Part shown: positions 54,101 through 64,000 of the stretch, in pieces
Layout of the letters: each line of letters begins with the position of its first letter
Position numbering within the stretch: the first letter of the stretch is position 1
Assembly (NCBI GenBank): GCA_963849325.1
Contig: CAWKHF010000001.1
Location: forward strand, 384,001-448,000
Source of the DNA: an uncultured Planctomycetota bacterium
Lineage (GTDB): Bacteria > Planctomycetota > Planctomycetia > Gemmatales > Gemmataceae
Length of the DNA: 64,000 nt
Direction: 5' to 3'
Made by a program: the position numbers and the translations under genes
Notes under the pieces: generated by a model
What the model was told of the DNA's origin: nothing
Database searches by the model: none
Seen by the model: only the letters and a program-made list of their open reading frames with translations

Positions 54101-57100
54101 TCATCGCTCCGTGAGGTCGAAAGACAGGGCGCTTCAATGCGGCCACGGCCCGAAGACCGTGGAGAACCTCAAAGATGTCGTCCGGTTTCGTTATAAGCGA
54201 TCGGAAGCTTCAATGCGGCCACGGCCCGAAGACCGTGGAGAACCTCGGTATCCCCATCCGGCGACATGCCGAAATAACGACGCTTCAATGCGGCCACGGC
54301 CCGAAGACCGTGGAGAACCACGCCGGACTGTGGCGGCATGGATGCCGCCACAAAAGCTTCAATGCGGCCACGGCCCGAAGACCGTGGAGAACAGTCTGCG
54401 GGAGACGCCCATCGCTCAGAAGCAAGCGGCTTCAATGCGGCCACGGCCCGAAGACCGTGGAGAACGACCGTGCGCATCGCCGATTGGGCCTACAAGGCGG
54501 GGAAGCTTCAATGCGGCCACGGCCCGAAGACCGTGGAGAACGGGTTGCCCTTTTCGTCAACGTACTCCAGCTTGCGACTCCCGCTTCAATGCGGCCACGG
54601 CCCGAAGACCGTGGAGAACACCTTGGCCTCGGCCTTAACCGCTTCGTCGCGCGCCCGAGCTTCAATGCGGCCACGGCCCGAAGACCGTGGAGAACTGACT
54701 CCGCTATTTTGACATCCTCCGCAGCGATTTCGCTTCAATGCGGCCACGGCCCGAAGACCGTGGAGAACCTTCGCCTCGAAGGTGCTCAACGACCTTCACC
54801 TGTTGCTTCAATGCGGCCACGGCCCGAAGACCGTGGAGAACGTGACGTGGACTGCGGGACCGATGGGCTGGGCATTGCTTCAATGCGGCCACGGCCCGAA
54901 GACCGTGGAGAACACGCTCGGCGTCCTACCTGGACGACGACGCCTGGCTTCAATGCGGCCACGGCCCGAAGACCGTGGAGAACATCGACCAAGACGCTTG
55001 GTACGACTGGGACGAGCTGCTTCAATGCGGCCACGGCCCGAAGACCGTGGAGAACACAGCCGCAGGCGCCGGCGCCGACGCCACCGGAGCTTCAATGCGG
55101 CCACGGCCCGAAGACCGTGGAGAACGGTCGGTGTCGCCGGCCGCATGGCGGGCCTTCATTGCGCTTCAATGCGGCCACGGCCCGAAGACCGTGGAGAACC
55201 CGGAAATCCTCGTCGCCACGGAAACGGCGATGGCTTCAATGCGGCCACGGCCCGAAGACCGTGGAGAACCATATCTAAGAATCGTAACCGCACGGGCGGA
55301 GCCGGCGGCTTCAATGCGGCCACGGCCCGAAGACCGTGGAGAACCCGCCTACGTCGTCCTGCATCCGCCGGCTCGAGACGGTGCTTCAATGCGGCCACGG
55401 CCCGAAGACCGTGGAGAACCGCCGGGCCGAAGTCGCTCCGTCTGGAGAGGATCGCTTCAATGCGGCCACGGCCCGAAGACCGTGGAGAACAATCGTTGTA
55501 CGCTCCGCCATGATTATCCGAGCAAGCGCTTCAATGCGGCCACGGCCCGAAGACCGTGGAGAACCGAGTATCGGTTGTTGGAAAGACAGTCAGGCAACAA
55601 GCTTCAATGCGGCCACGGCCCGAAGACCGTGGAGAACGATGCCGAGGCTGACGAACTAGCGACCTACATAATGCTTCAATGCGGCCACGGCCCGAAGACC
55701 GTGGAGAACGCCGCGCGGCTGCAGGGGGGCGAAGAAAAAGGAGCTTCAATGCGGCCACGGCCCGAAGACCGTGGAGAACGCGCTCGGGCAGGGTTCCACA
55801 GCCGCCGTGTCGATGCGCTTCAATGCGGCCACGGCCCGAAGACCGTGGAGAACCGGATGGAGACGTGATTGACTATGCCTTCATCCGTGGCTTCAATGCG
55901 GCCACGGCCCGAAGACCGTGGAGAACCCCTCCTCCGTCCCCAGAGGTCGCTTTTGTCGAGGCACGTCGGGCTTCAATGCGGCCACGGCCCGAAGACCGTG
56001 GAGAACGTCGAGTACCACCGATCCTACCGGGTCGGCGGCGAGCTGGGCTTCAATGCGGCCACGGCCGAAGACCGTGGAGAACCCGTGCACGGCGCTGGTG
56101 GATGCTCGATACCGTGCTGCTTCAATGCGGCCACGGCCCGAAGACCGTGGAGAACGATGACCAGCGGGCCATCGTCCGCATGGCCCTCGACGCCGCTTCA
56201 ATGCGGCCACGGCCCGAAGACCGTGGAGAACCCGTCTTGCATTCGAGAATCCGCTCCTCGCCGTGCTTCAATGCGGCCACGGCCCGAAGACCGTGGAGAA
56301 CGCAACCCGGAAATAATCCTACTCAGCCATCTCCGAAGCTTCAATGCGGCCACGGCCCGAAGACCGTGGAGAACTCTACTGTGGGGCGGATGGTGGTGGC
56401 ATACGCACAGTGGCTTCAATGCGGCCACGGCCCGAAGACCGTGGAGAACCCTACGCCCGCACAACCCCAAAGGAAGAGACAGGACATGCTTCAATGCGGC
56501 CACGGCCCGAAGACCGTGGAGAACATGGCGGCGGTCGGAGGGAATGGCGGCGGCCCTCGGCTTCAATGCGGCCACGGCCCGAAGACCGTGGAGAACCACC
56601 CTCTCTTCGTCCGCACCTCCGATCAAAGAAAATGCTTCAATGCGGCCACGGCCCGAAGACCGTGGAGAACTGCTCACCACCGGGGCCACGTTGACGCCCG
56701 CGACGTGCTTCAATGCGGCCACGGCCCGAAGACCGTGGAGAACCCGAGCATGTAAAAAGAGCGGGGTAACGCATGGACTCGATGCTTCAATGCGGCCACG
56801 GCCCGAAGACCGTGGAGAACCGCCGACGGCGAGTTGCCCGAGCCGAAGGACGACACGCTTCAATGCGGCCACGGCCCGAAGACCGTGGAGAACCTGAGCC
56901 GCACGCATCGGCAACCGCTTTTCGGCATGCTTCAATGCGGCCACGGCCCGAAGACCGTGGAGAACCACATCTTCGCATCCGCCCGCGCACTCCGCGCGAG
57001 CTTCAATGCGGCCACGGCCCGAAGACCGTGGAGAACCAGCCGAACCGCGCAGACTCGATCTCAGGCTCTCCGCTTCAATGCGGCCACGGCCCGAAGACCG

Positions 57101-60100
57101 TGGAGAACCATCATCCAGGCCGGCAGGCCGCGCAGGTAATGCGGCTTCAATGCGGCCACGGCCCGAAGACCGTGGAGAACGCATCCGTGGCAATGCGAAC
57201 ATGCCGAGGTCCACTCGCTTCAATGCGGCCACGGCCCGAAGACCGTGGAGAACCAGGACTTGACGCGCCGATTTCGTGCTGACGCCGCTTCAATGCGGCC
57301 ACGGCCCGAAGCCGTGGAGAACGACCTCGCCTTCATGTCTCTGAGCGTCGGCGAGAGAGGCTTCAATGCGGCCACGGCCCGAAGACCGTGGAGAACGCCT
57401 GCCGGTGGTGCCGTTTGCGGAGCCGCGAAAAGCTTCAATGCGGCCACGGCCCGAAGACCGTGGAGAACTACGAAATCATCACGGGCCGCGACGTGGAGAA
57501 CAAGGCTTCAATGCGGCCACGGCCCGAAGACCGTGGAGAACTCATCGCGGCGGGCGAGTTCGCCGCTACGCCGCGCTTCAATGCGGCCACGGCCCGAAGA
57601 CCGTGGAGAACCGGAATCGGCCGACGTGCTCGCGTGTGCGCCTCGAGCTTCAATGCGGCCACGGCCCGAAGACCGTGGAGAACTGGGCCACGAACCCGGA
57701 CTCTTGACGCCGCAGGAAGGCTTCAATGCGGCCACGGCCCGAAGACCGTGGAGAACGCGACTGGCGGCGACAGGTGAGACGACGGAGATGAGGAGCTTCA
57801 ATGCGGCCACGGCCCGAAGACCGTGGAGAACCCGGCGTCGCCGTCACCACGCGTACGCCGCAAAGAGCTTCAATGCGGCCACGGCCCGAAGACCGTGGAG
57901 AACCTCCGGCTCCGGCTCCGGGGCCGTCGCCGACTGGAGCTTCAATGCGGCCACGGCCCGAAGACCGTGGAGAACTCTACGTCGGATTTGCAGTCAAGGA
58001 CGAAGCCAGGGCTTCGATGCGGCCACGGCCCGAAGACCGTGGAGAACGAAAACGCCACGCTGCTCTTTGGCACGGCCTTGAGCTTCAATGCGGCCACGGC
58101 GAAGCCGTGGAGAACTTCTAGGAATCGGCCTGAAGCCGTGCAGCGATCGGGCTTCAATGCGGCCACGGCCGAAGACGCCGTGGAGAACGTGCCATCACGG
58201 CCTTGTTGCGCGAGGCCGTGGCTTCAATGCGGCCACGGCCGAAGCCGTGGAGAACCCGCCGTGCCGAGGAGCTGGCCCAGCTGGACGCCACGCTTCAATG
58301 CGGCCACGGCCCGAAGACCGTGGAGAACCGCCACCCCGCCGGGCGGAGGCCGTATCCGACGAAGCTTCAATGCGGCCACGGCCCGAAGACCGTGGAGAAC
58401 CCGAGGACTCGGCCCCCTGACGGTCCCCGCCGACGTGGCTTCAATGCGGCCACGGCCGAAGACCGTGGAGAACATGATCCTCCGATTCGCGGATACCCCG
58501 TACGGTAGAGCTTCAATGCGGCCACGGCCCGAAGACCGTGGAGAACCTCTTCCTTTGTGCCGGTGTCCGCTCTGCCGAAGTGAGCTTCAATGCGGCCACG
58601 GCCCGAAGACCGTGGAGAACATTACGTCCGCCAGGCCATGCGGCAGGTCTGGGTGTCTTGGATCCGGCCACGGCCCGAAGACCGTGGAGAACTGCAGGTG
58701 ATGCTCTGGGGTTGCTGCGCCGGGACAAGCACTTCAATGCGGCCACGGCCCGAAGACCGTCGAGAACATCGGATGAGACTCCATGTCACTAGCCCGCGAT
58801 GTGCTTCAATGCGGCCACGGCCCAAAGACCGTGGAGAACAGCGGCCAGGCTATGGGAGCAGATGACGCGAGAACGAGCTGGATGCGGCCACGGCCCGAAG
58901 ACCGTGGAGAACAGCACGACTTCAACGATCAAGTGTTAGCGGGGTTGTGGCTTCAATGCGGCCACGGCCCGAAGACCGTGGAGAACTATGTTCGATGGCT
59001 TTCACGACCGTATGGACTGGCTCGGCTTCAATCCGGCCACGGCCCGAAGACCGTGGAGAACTCGTCCGGTTCCTGCCTTCAGTGGCCTTGCTCCGCTTGG
59101 CTTCAATGCGGCCACGGCCCGAAGACCGTGGAGAACGGTGAAGCCGACGACTGGCCCAGCCACTTGATGACGCTTCAATGCGGCCACGGCCCGAAGACCG
59201 TGGAGAACGAGGCCGTACAAATCCGTTTGGGGCGGCGGTGTCAGGCTTCAATGCGGCCACGGCCCGAAACCGTGGAGAACTCGCCTTCGAGCAAGTAGAG
59301 GAGCACATGTCACAGCTTCAATGCGGCCACGGCCCGAAGACCGTGGAGAACGCAGTATATCGGATTTTTTCTGTGACAGACTATTAACGCTTCAATGCGG
59401 CCACGGCCCGAAGACCGTGGAGAACCCATCCATGCCGACCGGGAATAGCCGACTGGTGCTGAAGCTTCAATGCGGCCACGGCCCGAAGACCGTGGAGAAC
59501 ACCAGCCTCACCATCAAGCTGTGCGACAACAAGAAACCGCTTCAATGCGGCCACGGCCCGAAGACCGTGGAGAACCAACCAGCAAGCCGCCGAGCAAGCC
59601 AACCCCTATGCATTCAATGCGGCCACGGCCCGAAGACCGTGGAGAACATTATGAGGAGCGTGCCACCACTTTCCCCCAGCACGCTTCAATGCGGCCACGG
59701 CCCGAAGACCGTGGAGAACCCTCAGTCATTTTCTCTATCCTCTCGACTATGGTTGGCTTCAATGCGGCCACGGCCCGAAGACCGTGGAGAACGCGGCATG
59801 GCGGCGAAGAAGCAAGCAGCGCAGCGCGGAGCTTCAATGCGGCCACGGCCCGAAGACCGTGGAGAACCTCGACGACCTTGCCGGCGAGGGCCACACCTGG
59901 GTGCTTCAATGCGGCCACGGCCCGAAGACCGTGGAGAACATGCCATGAGGGACGAATCCATCTGGGAACACCTGCTGCTTCAATGCGGCCACGGCCCGAA
60001 GACCGTGGAGAACTTACGAGTGGATCATCTCCAAGCCCGAAACGGTGATGCTTCGATGCGGCCACGGCCCGAAGACCGTGGAGAACCCTCAGCACCAGAC

Positions 60101-60162
60101 GCCGAGAGCTTCCGCGTGCTCTCGGGCTTCAATGCGGCCACGGCCCGAAGACCGTGGAGAAC
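51192..60162 (-). CRISPR. CRISPR array, block 1 (about 120-125 repeats); type I-G/I-U-like repeat
   Basis: 37-bp repeat, minus strand GTTCTCCACGGTCTTCGGGCCGTGGCCGCATTGAAGC with a CCACGG/CCGTGG stem; spacers about 31-42 bp; count estimated from length at about 73.5 bp per unit; orientation inferred from the 3' ATTGAAGC. Confidence 0.98.
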
Positions 60163-60354
60163 ACGGCTCGACGAGTTCGGCCGGATGCAAGCCCCAGGAA
60201 CTTCCTCGGAAGGTGACGCGACGGTGACGTAGCTCCCTGCTGCGATGGGCCTCCGCCGCGCGCACCGTCTCCGCTCCCTTCCGCCCTTCGCCCTTGTCCT
60301 CTCCGCTGTTTCCGTCTCACCTCACTGTCAATGACTGCCAACGCCAACGCGAAT

Positions 60355-61835
60355 CTAGGTCACCGCCGGCATCGGCGGCGCCTCCACCTTCCGCAGCTCG
60401 AAGCCCAGCTCCATCGCACGACGACGCAACTGCTTCTCCAGACGCGCCCGCACCTGCTCGGCGTAGACCGCCTCCGTTTGCTTGACGTAGGCCATGCCGT
60501 AACGCACCAAGTGGTACACGATCCGCGCCAGCTTGTGCGCCGTCGCCGTGATCGCCTTGGGCGCACCCAGACGCGAACGCTGACGACGCAGATAGGCTCC
60601 CAAATAGCTCTTGCTCCGCATCAGACTCCAGGCCGCCAAACACAACGTCCGCGCCGCACGCCCCTTGCCCTTACGCGTCGCGCTGGACTTGACCTTACCC
60701 CCGGTCTTGTGCCAGTTGGGGCACAGCCCCAGCCAGCAGGTGAACTGCTTGACCGTCGGCCATTTCGTGAAGTCCCAACCCAGCTCACTGACCAACGTCA
60801 ACGCATGCACCTCGTCAATGCCTTCGATCGCCGTCAGGTCTACGCCCGTGGCCAAGTACAACGCCTGGCGCACGTCAAAGCGTGGGTCGTGCGGCTTGCG
60901 GCCACGCATGCGGGGCTTGGGCGGCAGTGGGGGCAACGCGGTCTGCCGACGCATGCTCCGCAGGTGGGCGTCGATGGCTTCGTCCAGCTCACCGATCACC
61001 TCCTGATACTTCTCCCACAAGGTCAGGCAACAGCGCAGCTCGGTTATATGCTCGGGGCGATAGCGGCCATCCAACGCCTGGGCGATGTCCGCAACGCTGT
61101 GCCGGCAGCGGCGGTCGCGCAGCCTGGCCAGTTGCTGCGGGTCGCGTTGGCCGGCGAGGATGGCCCGGATGATCTTTAGCCCCGTTACGCCGGTGACGTC
61201 GCCCAGCACGCCGGTCAGCTTGAGGTTCATCAGTTGCAGCGCCTTCTGCATCCTCTGGATGTGCTGGCCGGACAGGCGGACCAGGTTCGTGCGTTGGCGG
61301 ACGTAGTCACGCAGGGTCTGGGTGGCCTCGTCGGGCTGGAAGATGGCCGGCAACAGGCCGTGCTTGTGCAGGCGTTGAATCCACTGGCAGTCACGCTTGT
61401 CGGTCTTGGGCCGGCCCTTGATCTGGCGGGCAAACTGCGGTGCGGTCATCACCACCACGAAGCCGGCTTCCAGCAGAGTCAAAAACAGGACGTGGGCGTA
61501 GACGCCGGTGGCCTCCACGGCCACGGTGGTGACGCCGCATTGGCGTAGCCAGGCGACCAATTGCCGCAGCCCGGCGGTATGAGCGGGAACGCGCGGACGG
61601 CGTTGCTGTCGTCGGGGGTGGATTCGACGCAGGCCCAGTGGCTGACGTCGCCAGCGTCGATGCCGGCGGCGTGAGCATGCTGCACCGGCATCGAGACCAG
61701 CTTGGCGCACTCCTGGGCGTCACGTCGGGTCTTTTCAGCGTGGCGGGCGGCGCGGCGTAGTTCGTTGGCGGTCGCGGCCACCGATGGCGTTTGCGGTTTA
61801 CGGGCGTCGCGTGGTGGGGTCTTGCAGTCGGACAC
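60355..61835 (-). CDS. IS110-family DEDD recombinase/transposase (one indel near 61586)
   Basis: GGAGG RBS plus GTG; AGID, VEATG and KTDKRD (DEDD); WLGLCP...TGGK; KAITATAHKLAR. Confidence 0.93.
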
Positions 61836-61869
61836 GGGAGCCTCCACAATAGGGGGATTGGGGAACCAG

Positions 61870-62058
61870 GGTGTCCGGTGGGGGAGTCGGCACGGGCACC
61901 AGCCGTCCCAACGGGATCGACCGCGACGGCGTTGAAGGCCGTAGGCGGTCGTCACCAAACGAGTGGGCCGAAAATCGCTCCCCGGTCCAGTCGAACCAGC
62001 GGGCGGAGCGCAAAGCCTCTCAGCACCAGAAGCATGTCGGACATCGACACCGGACACC
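61870..62058 (-). ncRNA. Candidate IS110 bridge RNA
   Basis: 11-bp closing stem GGTGTCCGGTG/CACCGGACACC enclosing two modules of the form guide-TGGTG-hairpin-CCCG-guide, directly upstream of the transposase. Confidence 0.65.
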
Positions 62059-62158
62059 GGAGGTAGGATAAGCGAGTCTCGCCCCAAGTTCCTGGCATTG
62101 TGGTGCAGGGGAACCCTGCGAGGATGCGAACCAGGCGCAGGGCAGGCCGAGCTGCAAG

Positions 62159-64000
62159 GCTTCAATGCGGCCACGGCCCGAAGACCGTGGAGAACGCAGG
62201 CCAAGTCTGGCGTCGGACTGGCCCTGCCGAATAGCTGGCTTCAATGCGGCCACGGCCCGAAGACCGTGGAGAACTATTGGCGCGTTGTGTATCCCGAGGC
62301 GTCAATGTGAGCTTCAATGCGGCCACGGCCCGAAGACCGTGGAGAACTTCACCCTGGCATTCAGCAGTGCCGTAGGGATGGAAGCTTCAATGCGGCCACG
62401 GCCCGAAGACCGTGGAGAACCGTGGGTGCCGGTCTACACGAGCTTCTTCCAGGACCAGCTTCAATGCGGCCACGGCCCGAAGACCGTGGAGAACGGGGAA
62501 CTTCAACATCAACCCCGCCGGGGGAGCAGGGGCTTCAATGCGGCCACGGCCCGAAGACCGTGGAGAACCCTCCCGGTAGATCGCATCCAAAACGCCCACG
62601 ACAAAGCTTCAATGCGGCCACGGCCCGAAGACCGTGGAGAACGTGGTGCCGTCCTTCTTGGACAACTTGGTAACGGTAGCTTCAATGCGGCCACGGCCCG
62701 AAGACCGTGGAGAACCGGGGCCATGAACAATGAAATTCAAGCCTTCATGCAGCTTCAATGCGGCCACGGCCCGAAGACCGTGGAGAACACGATTGCAGTT
62801 AATTTGGACATCCATTGGCAAAACCGCTTCAATGCGGCCACGGCCCGAAGACCGTGGAGAACTAGGCCGTGAAGCGAGCCGGCCAGTATTCCACGAAGCC
62901 GCTTCAATGCGGCCACGGCCCGAAGACCGTGGAGAACCATCGTTGGCGGCTCCAAGAGGTGGCGTGAAGCGCTGCTTCAATGCGGCCACGGCCCGAAGAC
63001 CGTGGAGAACAACGACCTTCTCCGCCTTCGTGCAGCGCAGGCCGTCTGCTTCAATGCGGCCACGGCCCGAAGACCGTGGAGAACCCCACGCCTCCTCGGT
63101 GTCCTCCTCGCCGAGCAGGTGGCTTCAATGCGGCCACGGCCCGAAGACCGTGGAGAACACCCCACATCGAGGTTAACTGCCTTCCCGTTGTGGGCTTCAA
63201 TGCGGCCACGGCCCGAAGACCGTGGAGAACACGAGCCGGACCAAGGTGATCCCCGGTCTGGACCAGGTGCTTCAATGCGGCCACGGCCCGAAGACCGTGG
63301 AGAACGTACAATCGCCCAGGCGCGACTTCGTTCCGGATCGCAGCTTCAATGCGGCCACGGCCCGAAGACCGTGGAGAACTCCACAGGCGGCCCGTCCTCC
63401 GGCTGTCCGATCCAGGCGCTTCAATGCGGCCACGGCCCGAAGACCGTGGAGAACCGCTGCCCCGTCATCGTGACGTAGCGCTTGTCGTCGTGCTTCAATG
63501 CGGCCACGGCCCGAAGACCGTGGAGAACCGCCGGGTCCGGGGTTGGCGCAGGCGGCGAGGAACCGGGGGCTTCAATGCGGCCACGGCCCGAAGACCGTGG
63601 AGAACTCCTTGTGGACACCAATTGCAGAGAGCCGCCGCGCAGCGCGCTTCAATGCGGCCACGGCCCGAAGACCGTGGAGAACACGGACCTGAAGCAATTC
63701 GTGGAGGTCTGGCAAACGGGCTTCAATGCGGCCACGGCCCGAAGACCGTGGAGAACCACGCAATGCCAAGGGCAAGATCGATCCCGTGCCTATGCTTCAA
63801 TGCGGCCACGGCCCGAAGACCGTGGAGAACCCCGGAAAAATGGCGTGCGGCTCTCCGGGAGTAATGCTTCAATGCGGCCACGGCCCGAAGACCGTGGAGA
63901 ACCGTGGAAACGTGGCCGTACTGCGAACGGCTCCGGCCGCTTCAATGCGGCCACGGCCCGAAGACCGTGGAGAACGATAGAGGGCGTGCTCGCCACACTG
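62159..64000 (-). CRISPR. CRISPR array, block 2 (25 repeats; continues past the window end)
   Basis: Same 37-bp repeat, all copies apparently consensus; last repeat 63939-63975 followed by a partial spacer. Confidence 0.98.

Larger units (their letters stand above)
60191..62127 (-). mobile_element. IS110-family insertion sequence inside the CRISPR array (boundaries approximate)
   Basis: About 2 kb of non-repeat DNA between intact repeats ending at 60162 and starting at 62159; 10-bp inverted repeat CCAGGAACTT (60194-60203) / AAGTTCCTGG (62086-62095). Confidence 0.9.

Noticed and set aside
57469-57504. Spacer containing CGTGGAGAAC, identical to the repeat end
   Set aside because: Only 10 bp, normal spacer length, and it reads as ordinary coding sequence (YEIITGRDVENK); probably chance
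56048-58480. Repeat copies with small deletions or insertions (GGCCGAAG, GAAGCCGTGG and similar)
   Set aside because: Same indel signature as the rest of the window; treated as read error, unlike the substitution cluster at 58.6-59.6 kb
60088-60099. 12-bp identity (CTCAGCACCAGA) between the spacer next to the IS and the IS non-coding region (62019-62030)
   Set aside because: Too short for targeting and the rest of the spacer does not match; plausible by chance given about 145 spacers
51381-63996. Dozens of ORFs with MRPRPEDRGE / LQCGHGPKTVEN / FNAATARRPWRT repeats
   Set aside because: These are translations of the CRISPR repeat, not proteins

Overview
High-GC bacterial DNA whose gene content points to Planctomycetota, probably Gemmataceae-like (inference). 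Many genes carry single-base frameshifts, most simply explained as uncorrected long-read indels. 1-17.5 kb: housekeeping and planctomycete-type genes (fabF, clpX, higBA, PPC-domain protein, cytochrome c/WD40 protein, alaS, yidD, larC). 17.6-31.5 kb (minus strand): a Tad/Flp pilus locus with a c-di-GMP-I riboswitch, four tandem flp pilins, cpaA/B/C/E/F, tadB/C and four accessory genes; eight consecutive intergenic gaps hold large palindromes. 31.8-47.4 kb: three GT-C-like membrane proteins, an NYN-cold-shock protein, dapL, two ECF sigma factors and a ZAS-Ser/Thr kinase. 47.5-51.2 kb: truncated integrase, toxin-antitoxin and IS630 fragments. 51.2-64 kb: a very large CRISPR array (37-bp repeat, type I-G/I-U-like, roughly 145-150 repeats, running off the window edge, no cas genes visible). 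An IS110-family element interrupts the array. Its upstream non-coding region has a two-loop, bridge-RNA-like layout with guide-like segments that match its own junction sequences, and its recombinase has Thr at the usual catalytic Ser position.
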